A stretch of DNA of 64,000 bases from Planctomycetaceae bacterium (GTDB lineage Bacteria > Planctomycetota > Planctomycetia > Pirellulales > PALSA-1355). The DNA is taken from contig PLYM01000174.1 in the NCBI GenBank assembly GCA_003153375.1, positions 15,007 through 79,006 on the forward strand. Reading direction: 5' to 3'. Below the pieces are notes generated by a model that saw nothing but the letters and a program-made list of their open reading frames with translations, was not told the origin of the DNA and ran no database searches. Shown here piece after piece: positions 18,001 through 26,903 of this stretch (its first letter is position 1; each line of letters opens with the position of its first letter). A program made the position numbers and the translations under genes.

Positions 18001-21000
18001 ATGACAGCGCGCCTTTTAAAGCGATTCGCCGCGCACTACATCCTGGTGATGATGTGCGTTACGCGCGCCTTTGCGTTTGTTGCGGGCGGGCTGTGCATTT
18101 TCTACGTTAACCTCACATTCCACCTCTCGCTCTATACGCAACGGCATTTCGAGATTACGGCGGTGGGCGTCATTCTGTTGACGGCCGTGCTGACCGTGGT
18201 CCTGGCGCTATGGGAGACCCGAGACCTGCGGCGGGCCCTGGCGGCGCTCAGCAAGGGCGAACCCGTCGATCGGGCGACCGAATTGGCCGCGGGCCGGCAG
18301 GCCGTGCTGTTCCCGGGCCGGCACGCTTTGTACGAGGCGCTCCTCGATCCGTTCATCACGGTGCTGCCGTTGTGCGTCGTGCTGCACTTTGCCGACGGCG
18401 CTTCGGTTCAGGTCATGGTGCAAGTGGGCATTGCCGGCTTCATGGGGCTGGCCGCGATTATCATCACAACCTTCTTTATCAGCGAGCACTGGCTGCGGCC
18501 CGTCGTGCAATATCTGCTCGACAAGGGCCTCTCGGTTGCTTACTCCGAAATGCCGGAGTCGAAACTGCAGTTCCGCATGACGGTCTGCTTCGGACTGACG
18601 ACCGCGGTGACCGGCCTGATGATCGGCGCGCTGGCGAACCAGCGGGCCATGGACATCATCGCCGAGCCAGAGAAACAGGCCGAGGCCGTGGCCAGCTTGC
18701 GCGAGCACACGGCCTTCATCATGGTGTTTGCCATTTTCCTGGGCTTGTTCCTCTCGCGCATGCTGTCGAACTCGATCGCCAGCCGGGTGCGGCTGATGGT
18801 CAACGCCATGCGCCAGGTGCAACAGGGCCGGCTCAGCGAACGCTTGCATCCGACCGGCAACGATGAGCTCGACATCCTGGGGCGGCAATTTAACGTGATG
18901 GTCGAGCAATTGGACCAGAACGACCAGACGATTCGCGATCTGAATTCCGGATTGGAACGCAAGGTCAAGCGCCGCACGCGGCAGTTGTCGCGCAGCCGAC
19001 GCAGCCTCAAGCGATCGCTGGACAAACTGACGCAATACGATCGTTTGAAGACCGAGTTTTTCTCGAATGTCAGCCACGAACTACGGACGCCGCTGACGAT
19101 GATCCTGGCTCCGGTCGATCGACTGTTGAACCGCTCCGCCGGGTCGCTCGGGGCCGACACGACGAACATGCTCGAGATGGTCCGGCTCAATGGATACCGG
19201 CTGCTCGACCTGATCAATCGGCTGTTGGATTTTTCGAAGCTCGAAGCCGGGCAGATGAAGCTTCAGCTTGGTCCGGTGAACATCAACGGCGTCGTGCAAA
19301 AGCTGGTCAACGCCGCGACGCCCCTGGTCGAGCAGCGGGCCATCCGCTTCGAGGTCGCCTGCGATCCAGACCTGGGCGATTTCGGCGCCGACCACGAGAA
19401 GGTCGATACCGTCGTGAGCAATTTGATTTCGAACGCGATCAAGTTCACGCCGCAGGGAGGCACGATCCGCGTCGAAACGCGCAAGGATGAAGAGCGGGTC
19501 TGGGTTTCGATCACGGATACGGGCATCGGCATCGACCCGTCGCAACGCGACCGCATTTTCGAGCGGTTCGTGCAAGTCGACGGCTCGTCGTCGCGCGAAT
19601 TCAGCGGCACCGGTTTGGGGCTCTCGTTGGTCAAGGGCCTGGTCGAGCTGCACGGCGGCCAGATTCACGTCGATAGCGAGTTGGGAAAAGGCTCGAAATT
19701 CTGGTTCGATTTGCCGCTGCGGCCCGTGGCGGTCGACACGGCCACCGAGCACGTCGAGGGCCCCGAAAAGATCGCCAAGCCTTTTGCCGATCTCGATAGC
19801 TTTGCCGAGATGCCCTCCGCCGAGCAACCGTCACTCGCGCGGCAAGCCAATCCGTTTGCCCGGACCGTGCTGGTGGTCGACGACACGACCGAAATGCGCG
19901 TGTTGTTGGGCGAAATCCTCAGCGACCATTACCGGGTCATTTTTGGCCGCGACGGCCAGGAGGGCATCGACGTTGCCGAACGCGAACATCCCGACCTGAT
20001 CATCTCGGACGTGATGATGCCGCGCGTGGACGGGCATCAGTTCTGCCAGCGGATGAAAGAGAATCCTGAAACGGCTCACATTCCTTTCGTCATGCTCACG
20101 GCCAAAGCCGAACTGGCGATGAAGATCGGCGGGCTCAACTGCGGAGCCGACGATTACCTGACCAAGCCGTTTGACGAGCAGGAACTCAAGGCTCGCGTCA
20201 AGTCGCTCTTGAAGGTCCGCGGATTGCACCAGGATCTCGAGCGTCGTAACCGCGAACTGCGCACCGCGTACAACGATTTGCAGGCCGTGCAAAATCAGTT
20301 GGTGCAAGCCGAAAAGATGAGTTCGCTGGGGCAGCTTATTGCCGGCCTGGCTCATGAAATCAACAACTCGATCAACGCGGTCTATAACGGCATCAAGCCG
20401 TTGTCGGCAGGCACGCATCGCTTGGAATCGATCTGGTCCGAGGTGCTCTCGTCGCCCGAGTTGAACGCGCAGCCCGAGCGACGCGGCGAAGTCGAGGCCC
20501 TGTTCAAGAAGATCTTCTCGCTGGCCAAGGTGATCGAGACCGGCGCCACGCGCACCGCTCGGATCATCGGAGACCTGAAGAGCTTCTCGCACCCGGGGAA
20601 CGAGCACTTCCAGATCTTCGACCTGCACGAGTCGCTCGACATGTGCGTCAACTTGCTCTCGAACGCCATTCGCCACCGCATTCAGGTGCACCGCGACTAT
20701 GGCTCGATCGGCCGTGTCTACGGTCCGAGTGGTCAGCTCAATCAGGTGTTCATGAATGTGCTTCACAACGCGCAACAAGCCATCGAGGGTGAAGGCGATA
20801 TCTACATCACCACGCGCCAGGTGGCCGAAAGCGTGATCGTCAGTGTCCGCGATACGGGCCCGGGAATTCCCAGCTCGATCCGCGACAAGATATTCGACCC
20901 CTTCTTCACCACGAAAGAGCCGGGCGTGGGCACCGGCATGGGGTTGTCGCTGAGCTTCAGTCTGATTGCGAAGCTCGGCGGCACGATCGAATGCCTTAGT

Positions 21001-21117
21001 AGTGAGGGACAAGGTGCCGAGTTTGTCATTCGCTTCCCTTGCGTGGCGGAATCGCCGCCGGAAGTGGAAGAAGACGAATCGGAAATGGGTTTTGTTATTG
21101 AAAGGGCTGGAGTATGA
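18001..21117 (+). CDS. Hybrid sensor histidine kinase: multi-TM sensor, HAMP, HisKA/HATPase, receiver, second HisKA-like/HATPase core
   Basis: The track ORF begins at 17878; ATG 18001 (MTARLLKRF...) precedes the first TM helix. H-box FFSNVSHELRTPLTMI. G-boxes GTGLGLSLVKGLVELHGG and GVGTGMGLSLSFSLIAKLGG. Receiver VLVVDDTTEMR...ISDVMMPRVDG...TAKA. Second H-box LIAGLAHEINNSINAV. Confidence 0.9.
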   Translation: MTARLLKRFAAHYILVMMCVTRAFAFVAGGLCIFYVNLTFHLSLYTQRHFEITAVGVILLTAVLTVVLALWETRDLRRALAALSKGEPVDRATELAAGRQAVLFPGRHALYEALLDPFITVLPLCVVLHFADGASVQVMVQVGIAGFMGLAAIIITTFFISEHWLRPVVQYLLDKGLSVAYSEMPESKLQFRMTVCFGLTTAVTGLMIGALANQRAMDIIAEPEKQAEAVASLREHTAFIMVFAIFLGLFLSRMLSNSIASRVRLMVNAMRQVQQGRLSERLHPTGNDELDILGRQFNVMVEQLDQNDQTIRDLNSGLERKVKRRTRQLSRSRRSLKRSLDKLTQYDRLKTEFFSNVSHELRTPLTMILAPVDRLLNRSAGSLGADTTNMLEMVRLNGYRLLDLINRLLDFSKLEAGQMKLQLGPVNINGVVQKLVNAATPLVEQRAIRFEVACDPDLGDFGADHEKVDTVVSNLISNAIKFTPQGGTIRVETRKDEERVWVSITDTGIGIDPSQRDRIFERFVQVDGSSSREFSGTGLGLSLVKGLVELHGGQIHVDSELGKGSKFWFDLPLRPVAVDTATEHVEGPEKIAKPFADLDSFAEMPSAEQPSLARQANPFARTVLVVDDTTEMRVLLGEILSDHYRVIFGRDGQEGIDVAEREHPDLIISDVMMPRVDGHQFCQRMKENPETAHIPFVMLTAKAELAMKIGGLNCGADDYLTKPFDEQELKARVKSLLKVRGLHQDLERRNRELRTAYNDLQAVQNQLVQAEKMSSLGQLIAGLAHEINNSINAVYNGIKPLSAGTHRLESIWSEVLSSPELNAQPERRGEVEALFKKIFSLAKVIETGATRTARIIGDLKSFSHPGNEHFQIFDLHESLDMCVNLLSNAIRHRIQVHRDYGSIGRVYGPSGQLNQVFMNVLHNAQQAIEGEGDIYITTRQVAESVIVSVRDTGPGIPSSIRDKIFDPFFTTKEPGVGTGMGLSLSFSLIAKLGGTIECLSSEGQGAEFVIRFPCVAESPPEVEEDESEMGFVIERAGV

Positions 21118-22283
21118 AACGCGACATCCTGTACGTCGACGACGAGCTTGAAAACTTGATCGTATTTCAAGCCACGTTCGACGACTATTTCAATGTCGTG
21201 TCCGCCGACAGCGGACAAGAGGCGCTCGACCTGCTGGCCACGCGGGCGTTTCCCGTGGTCGTGGCCGATCATCGCATGCCAAAGATGACGGGCGCTGAAT
21301 TGTTCGAGGTCATGCGCATCAAGTTTCCGCACACCAAGCGCGTGATGCTCACCGGCTATGCCGATTCGAAAGCCATGCTGAGCGCCATCAATCAGGGGCA
21401 CGTGTTCCACTTTCTCAAGAAGCCTTGGGAACAGGACGTCGTATTCTCGATCCTGGTTCGCGCGATCGAAGCCTATGACATGGGCATCTCAAACATGATG
21501 TTGCAGGACCGGCTGGTGGCGGCCGACCGCTGCGCCATGCTCGGCCGCTCGGCCGCGCAGTTGGCCCACGAGATGGGCAACCAGCTGTGCATGCTGCCGC
21601 TCTTGGAGTTGATCGAGGAAGAGTATAGCCAGCACGAGGACCTGGTGCGGATGGCCGGCTTTGCCCGCACGACCCACGAACGCCTGGTGCAGATCATCAA
21701 CGAAGTGAAGGCCTTCGTACGCTTCGAGCGCGAGCAAGTGATCGCTCAGCCCGTTGGGCTGGCGCACGTGTTGCACGAGCTGGTCGAATTCCTGCGCTAC
21801 GAGCGCAATTTGCCGTTGGCTCGTTTGAGCGTCGATATCAACGCCGAGCCGTGGGCCAAGGCCAACCGAGTGAAGATTCAGCAGGTGCTGTTGAATTTGC
21901 TGAAGAACGCCGCCTTCGCAATCCGCGATCGCGACACCGGACATGTGACGTTGCGGCTGTCGGCCGCGGGCGACGAGGCCGTGATCGAGGTCATCGACAA
22001 CGGCTGCGGTATGACCGAGGACGTCGTGCGGCGGATTTGGGAGCCGTTCTTTACCACCAAGGGCGAGGAGGGAACCGGCCTGGGTCTCGACGTGGCCAGG
22101 TCGATCATCGAAGCCCATGGCGGCACGATCGATTGCACGAGCGAGGCCAACCGTGGCTCGCATTTCACGATTCGACTGCCGCGCGTCGAATCGGCCAGTG
22201 AAATCAAACCGCGCGAACCGGCGCCGCCGATTACGGTGCCCGTCGGTCCATTCGCGCAACCATTAGTTCCGCAAGTGTCGTAG
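21114..22283 (+). CDS. Response-regulator receiver fused to a histidine kinase core (REC-HK)
   Basis: 389 aa. Receiver DILYVDDELENL...VVADHRMPKMTG...LKKPW. H-box AAQLAHEMGNQLCML. HATPase EGTGLGLDVARSIIEAHGGTI. ATGA overlap with the upstream kinase. Confidence 0.9.
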   Translation: MKRDILYVDDELENLIVFQATFDDYFNVVSADSGQEALDLLATRAFPVVVADHRMPKMTGAELFEVMRIKFPHTKRVMLTGYADSKAMLSAINQGHVFHFLKKPWEQDVVFSILVRAIEAYDMGISNMMLQDRLVAADRCAMLGRSAAQLAHEMGNQLCMLPLLELIEEEYSQHEDLVRMAGFARTTHERLVQIINEVKAFVRFEREQVIAQPVGLAHVLHELVEFLRYERNLPLARLSVDINAEPWAKANRVKIQQVLLNLLKNAAFAIRDRDTGHVTLRLSAAGDEAVIEVIDNGCGMTEDVVRRIWEPFFTTKGEEGTGLGLDVARSIIEAHGGTIDCTSEANRGSHFTIRLPRVESASEIKPREPAPPITVPVGPFAQPLVPQVS

Positions 22284-22332
22284 GATGCACGGGCTTTGCC
22301 GGGGGGGCAGGGCCATTTAAGGAGATCCAGCA

Positions 22333-23289
22333 ATGAAGATTCTGCTCGTCAGTCCGCGCGGATTTTGCGCGGGAGTGAACATGGCGATTGAAGCCCTGGA
22401 GCGGGCCATCGTGATGTTCGGAACGCCGCTCTACGCGTTTCACGAAATCGTCCACAATCGCCACGTCGTCGAGGGTTTTCGCCGCAAGGGCGTGGTCTTT
22501 GTCGACCAGGTCGAAGAAGTTCCGTCCGGCAGCCACCTGATGGTCAGCGCCCACGGCGTGGCGCCGGCCGTACACCAGGCGGCCCAGGCTCGCAGCCTGC
22601 GGATCATCGATGCCACCTGCCCGTTGGTGCGCAAGGTGCACCTGGCGGCGATTCGCTTTGCGCGGCTAGGCTATTCGATTGTGCTGATCGGCCATCGAGG
22701 TCACGACGAAGTCGTGGGCACCCTGGGCGAAGCGCCGGAACGCATGACGCTCGTCGAGACTGTCGCCGACGTTGACCAGCTGGAAGTGCCCGACCCCGAG
22801 AAGGTCGCCTATTTGACGCAGACCACGCTCAGCGTCGACGATGCCAACGTGATCATCGATCGCCTGCGGCAGCGATTTCCCAAATGCGTCGGTTCGCTCA
22901 AGGAAGACATCTGCTATGCCACCCAGAACCGCCAGGAGGCGCTCAAGGCCGGCGTCGAGCGGGCGGACGTCGTGTTGGTCTTCGGCAGTAAGAACAGCTC
23001 GAACAGCATCCGCCTGACCGAGGTGGCCGCCGAGCACGGCCGTCCCACGCACCTGATCGACAGCGTGGCCGAGCTGCAGCCCGAATGGTTTCGCGGTGAT
23101 GAGACGGTGCTCATCACGGCGGGAGCCAGCGCGCCCGAGGAGCTCGTGCTCGAGTGTATCGAGCACCTCAAGAACACCTATGGGGCAACGGTTGAGCATC
23201 AGGCAGTTCGCGAAGAACACGTTGAGTTTCCCTTGCCGATCGAAGTTCGCGGGCTGCTGAGCAACCCGTCAGCGGCCGCGCGATCGTAA
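22333..23289 (+). CDS. ispH: 4-hydroxy-3-methylbut-2-enyl diphosphate reductase (MEP pathway, last step)
   Basis: 318 aa, collinear with E. coli IspH/LytB: MKILLVSPRGFCAGVNMAIE, DATCPLVRKVH, LTQTTLSVDD, DICYATQNRQEA, GSKNSSNS. All three Fe-S cysteines are present. Confidence 0.97.
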   Translation: MKILLVSPRGFCAGVNMAIEALERAIVMFGTPLYAFHEIVHNRHVVEGFRRKGVVFVDQVEEVPSGSHLMVSAHGVAPAVHQAAQARSLRIIDATCPLVRKVHLAAIRFARLGYSIVLIGHRGHDEVVGTLGEAPERMTLVETVADVDQLEVPDPEKVAYLTQTTLSVDDANVIIDRLRQRFPKCVGSLKEDICYATQNRQEALKAGVERADVVLVFGSKNSSNSIRLTEVAAEHGRPTHLIDSVAELQPEWFRGDETVLITAGASAPEELVLECIEHLKNTYGATVEHQAVREEHVEFPLPIEVRGLLSNPSAAARS

Positions 23290-23491
23290 AGGTTTGCCCA
23301 GGCTGCCGGCCACAGTGCTCCGGTGTTCACGATTGCGTAATCGGTGCTTTAGATGCGGACCGTGCGCGGACGATTAAGGCTTTGCCGTCCCGCAACTTGC
23401 GCGCGAGTGGTTGCGGGTTAGGCAAGCTTTAACGGATTGCCAAGCCTTGCCGGCGGTTTTTCCGCGGCACACCAGCGAGGGAGCGCGGTCG

Positions 23492-24778
23492 ATGATCATG
23501 CGCCGAATTCTCGGTCTGTTGCTATCGGCCGCCATCTGTTGTCAGGCCCCCTTCGCTTGGGCGGACGGCCTGATACGCGATGGTGTGGGCCCTATTTCGA
23601 CGGGCCGTGGCGGCACGAACCAGGGCTTTGCCGACAATGCCGCGATCATCCTCGATAACCCCGGGGCCATGGTCAACGTCAACGACAACGGCCTGGCCGA
23701 GTTGGGTGTCGACACCGTCATCTCGAACGTCCATTACACCGATCCGTTCAACGACGTCGAGAGCAAAACCCGCCCGCTGCCGATGCCGGTGTTGGGCTAT
23801 ATCGAAAAGAGTGAAGACGGCCGCTGGGCATTCGGCATTGGCGCCTTTGCGCCGGCCGGGTTTGGAGCCGCCTACGGCAATCTGAACAACCCTTTGTTGG
23901 GTTCGAACAACATGCGTTCGATTGGCGGCCTGGCCAAGATTCTGCCCGGCATTTCCTATGGCGTCACCGACCGGCTGTCGATCGGCTTGACCGTCGGCGT
24001 TGCCTTCAGCGACGCCGAGTTGCGTGGGCCGTTGGTCGTGCAGCAGCCGCCTTTGACGGGACTGCCGGCGATCATGAGCTTGCACGGCTCGGGCGTGGCA
24101 CCCACGGGCTCGCTGGGCATGCAGTATCGACTGACCGACAGCACGATGTTTGGTGCCACGTATACCGAGCAGACGAACTTCGACTTGCACGGTGGCAGCG
24201 ACGCCAACCTGCTGGTGGGTCCGCCGTTCGGCGTGATCTCAAGCCATTTTGACTCGAAGTTTCGTCTGAAGTGGCCGCGCTCGGTCGCCGTGGGCATCAA
24301 GCACGAGCTTTGTCCCCATCGCCGCATTGGCGTCGACGTGGTCTGGTACGACTGGGCACACGCCTTCGATCAGATCAACCTGCAGTTCAGTAACCCCACG
24401 AATCCGATTGTCGGCGCACTGGCGCCGCTACCAATTCGCGACATCCTGCCGCTCAACTGGATCGATTCGGTTACCCTACGCCTCGGCTATGAATGGGATC
24501 CGACGGACATCGACACCTGGCGCATCGGCTATGCTTATCACCATAGCCCGGCGCCCAATTCGACGCTCAACCCCTACCTGGACGGCGTCCTCGAGCACCA
24601 GTTCAGCGCCGGCTATAGCCGCAAGTTCGAGCGAGCCACGCTCAACCTGGCGTATCAGTACTGTTTCGGGCCGACGCGAACCGTGACCAACAGTGCGATC
24701 ATCGGCGGGCTGTTCGACAACACGACGATGAGCGCTCAGGCTCAGTTCGTGATGATCAGCTTGCTGGTGCCGTTCTAG
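23492..24778 (+). CDS. Outer-membrane transport protein, OmpP1/FadL/TodX family
   Basis: Signal peptide MIMRRILGLLLSAAICCQAPFAWADG (the track ORF starts earlier, at 23411). N-terminal hatch-like GVGPISTGRGGTNQGFADNAAIILDNPGAM. Alternating beta-strand pattern and a C-terminal Phe (LLVPF). Confidence 0.75.
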   Translation: MIMRRILGLLLSAAICCQAPFAWADGLIRDGVGPISTGRGGTNQGFADNAAIILDNPGAMVNVNDNGLAELGVDTVISNVHYTDPFNDVESKTRPLPMPVLGYIEKSEDGRWAFGIGAFAPAGFGAAYGNLNNPLLGSNNMRSIGGLAKILPGISYGVTDRLSIGLTVGVAFSDAELRGPLVVQQPPLTGLPAIMSLHGSGVAPTGSLGMQYRLTDSTMFGATYTEQTNFDLHGGSDANLLVGPPFGVISSHFDSKFRLKWPRSVAVGIKHELCPHRRIGVDVVWYDWAHAFDQINLQFSNPTNPIVGALAPLPIRDILPLNWIDSVTLRLGYEWDPTDIDTWRIGYAYHHSPAPNSTLNPYLDGVLEHQFSAGYSRKFERATLNLAYQYCFGPTRTVTNSAIIGGLFDNTTMSAQAQFVMISLLVPF

Positions 24779-24797
24779 TCGGCCCGGTCCGAGTGGG

Positions 24798-25460
24798 CTA
24801 CGGCAGGACGCGAATTCGGATGTCCTTGAAGTCGAGCCGGGTGCCGTGGTTTTGCAGCCCCAGGAAGCCCGTCTTCCGCAGGATGCCGGGATGCTCGGCC
24901 TCCTTGTCCTTGTGGCCGTCCAGGTTCGCATCGACGATCGGCGTGTCGTTCAGCTTGACCAGGACTTTTCGGCCATCGCAGGTGATGTGCAGCTTTTGCC
25001 ACTCGGTCGGCTTCTTGCTGGCGCGGGTTTTGGGAGCCGACACGCCATAGAGACTGCCACAATATTGAAACGGTTGCAGCTTGGCATATTCAGGCGCCAA
25101 GTCGTCGAGCACCTGAATCTCCATGCCGGCATAGGCCGGGTTGCCCTGATGCGGAGCACGCAGGAACACGCCGCTGTTGCCGCCGACCGGCACGCGGAAC
25201 TGCAACTCGAGCTCGAAATTCGCATACTCATCGACCGTCGACAGCCAGCCACCGCCTCCGCCGCTGCAATACAGCAGGCCATCCTCAACCTTCCAACTGG
25301 ACATCGGGCCGTCGATCGCTTGCCAGCCCGAGAGGTCCTTGCCGTTGAACAGAGGTTTCCAATCGGCCGCCAAGGTTGAGCTTGCCGCGAGACAGCCCAT
25401 CGCGATCGTGACCACGCTACGAATCAGACGGTGCATCGGTTTTTTCCTCCAGGTATTCAA
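24798..25460 (-). CDS. DUF1080 (3-keto-disaccharide hydrolase-like) domain protein, secreted
   Basis: 220 aa with a signal peptide. WKPLFNGKDLSGWQ...WKVEDGLL...YANFELELQFR...GNSGVFLRA...GFLGLQNHGTRLDFKDIRI is the typical DUF1080 pattern. Confidence 0.8.
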   Translation of the reverse strand: MNTWRKKPMHRLIRSVVTIAMGCLAASSTLAADWKPLFNGKDLSGWQAIDGPMSSWKVEDGLLYCSGGGGGWLSTVDEYANFELELQFRVPVGGNSGVFLRAPHQGNPAYAGMEIQVLDDLAPEYAKLQPFQYCGSLYGVSAPKTRASKKPTEWQKLHITCDGRKVLVKLNDTPIVDANLDGHKDKEAEHPGILRKTGFLGLQNHGTRLDFKDIRIRVLP

Positions 25461-25505
25461 GGCAGTGCGTTGGATGGGGCGGACGAAGACTCTCGCGCGA
25501 TGGCT

Positions 25506-25997
25506 TCATTCCAGTTCGCAAACCGCCACATTACCAAAACACTCGTCGACTTCCACTCGCAGCTTGGCCGGGCGACGCTCGCCCCGACTTGCCAGGTCGG
25601 CCAGCAACCGGTCGGCGATGTAGCGGGCCAGCAGTTCGGAAGTGGTGTTAGGCACGGGCAGCAGGATGCAGTCGCCGCGCGGGAAGACCCAACGACGGTC
25701 TTGAAAGGTGGCCTCCACTTCGCGTTCGTTGGCCACCACGCGAATCGTGGGGTGTTCGGTGGGCAGCAGCATGTGATGATCGAGCTCATCGACGATTTTC
25801 TTGATCGCGCGGCGAAAGGCGACGAAATCAATCACGTAATGATTGTCGTCCAGCGGACCATAGACCTCGGCCGTCACCCGATAGTTGTGGCCGTGCAGCC
25901 GCTCGCACACGTCGCCGGCATAGGTGATGAAATGTCCCGCGCAAAAGACCAGATAGTCCTTTGCAATTCGCACGTGATAGGCTTCGCCCACGTTCAA
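25506..25997 (-). CDS. 6-pyruvoyl-tetrahydropterin synthase / QueD-family protein
   Basis: 163 aa. FCAGHFITYAGDVCERLHGHNYRV (Cys ... C-x3-HGH zinc/catalytic pattern of the PTPS/QueD fold) and DFVAFRRAIKKIVDELDHHMLLP. Confidence 0.8.
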   Translation of the reverse strand: MNVGEAYHVRIAKDYLVFCAGHFITYAGDVCERLHGHNYRVTAEVYGPLDDNHYVIDFVAFRRAIKKIVDELDHHMLLPTEHPTIRVVANEREVEATFQDRRWVFPRGDCILLPVPNTTSELLARYIADRLLADLASRGERRPAKLRVEVDECFGNVAVCELE

Positions 25998-26012
25998 CTC
26001 CTCATAACAAAT

Positions 26013-26903
26013 TTAGAGCCGCGCCAGCCGGAAGGGTGGTAGAAGCTTGCCCTCGCGCAAGAGCGCGAACAGGCCGGCAGCGATGAGGTCGGCCGTCGTG
26101 CCGGGATTGCGCTGGTGCCCGTCGGCACGGAGCCAGAAATCAAAATCGGCCAAGGCCTCTTCAAAGGCTTCGTCGCGCGAGTCGCCCGCGGCGAGCACGT
26201 CGCGCGCCAGGGCCGCCGCCTTGTGGGCAACCTCGACGCCGCGCCGGCGGGCGATCAGGCTATCAGGATACTCGCTCAAGAGCTCCAGATGCACGCGCAC
26301 GATCGCATCGGACAGCGACAGCCCCGCTTCGACCGTCTGTAACAAGCGTGGGGCGACGACGTTGAGGACCAGGTGGAAGTTGTCTGTATATTGCCGAGCC
26401 ACGAGGTCGCGATCGGCCGCCAGCCGCATGGCCGCCACCAGATCGGCCGGGGCATCCTGGGCCACGTCGGCTGATTCCACCTGCCCAAGGCCTCCGGGGT
26501 TGGCCGCGCGGATGGCCTGGTAGACGTCGCGGGCGTCGTCGGCGGTGAGCCGGCCCAGCACCTCCGCGATCCCGGCGGCCAGGGTCGTCGTGCGCGGCAC
26601 CTTGGCCAAGGGCGCGAGCAACAAGATCGTACCCAGGTTGGTATTGGTGGCCACGGCTGCCTGGGTGGCTTCGATGGCCGCCAATATGGTTTGGCCCAGC
26701 GGCAGCATGACGGCGGTATCCAAAATGGGGCCGACGACCGTGGTCGCCACGATGAAGTCCGGATAGCTCAAGTCCTCGAAGTCAGCTCCCCGGTGCACGT
26801 TGCCGGGCTTGGGCGCCGTGGCTTCCATGATTGTCGCCAGGGTAGCGCACTGGCCAATCGAAAGCTGGCCGAGGCGATTCGGTTCGATCGATGAATGGCT
26901 CAT
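26013..26903 (-). CDS. Triphosphoribosyl-dephospho-CoA synthase (CitG/MdcB) family protein
   Basis: 296 aa. EATAPKPGNVHRGADFEDLSYPDF matches the E..tPKPG.V..(x)..D motif of the CitG family; also NTNLGTILLLAPLA. No citX, mdcG or acyl-carrier gene is nearby. Confidence 0.75.
   Translation of the reverse strand: MSHSSIEPNRLGQLSIGQCATLATIMEATAPKPGNVHRGADFEDLSYPDFIVATTVVGPILDTAVMLPLGQTILAAIEATQAAVATNTNLGTILLLAPLAKVPRTTTLAAGIAEVLGRLTADDARDVYQAIRAANPGGLGQVESADVAQDAPADLVAAMRLAADRDLVARQYTDNFHLVLNVVAPRLLQTVEAGLSLSDAIVRVHLELLSEYPDSLIARRRGVEVAHKAAALARDVLAAGDSRDEAFEEALADFDFWLRADGHQRNPGTTADLIAAGLFALLREGKLLPPFRLARL

Noticed and set aside
18208-21012. Minus-strand ORFs inside the histidine-kinase gene (18208-19077, 19081-19827, 19831-21012)
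   Set aside because: The plus-strand frame carries complete HAMP/HisKA/HATPase/REC motifs. The antisense ORFs are compositional artefacts.
23389-23417. Hairpin CCCGCAAC...GTTGCGGG downstream of ispH, considered as a terminator
   Set aside because: It is an 8-bp stem with a 13-nt loop and no following T-tract, so it is not convincing as an intrinsic terminator.
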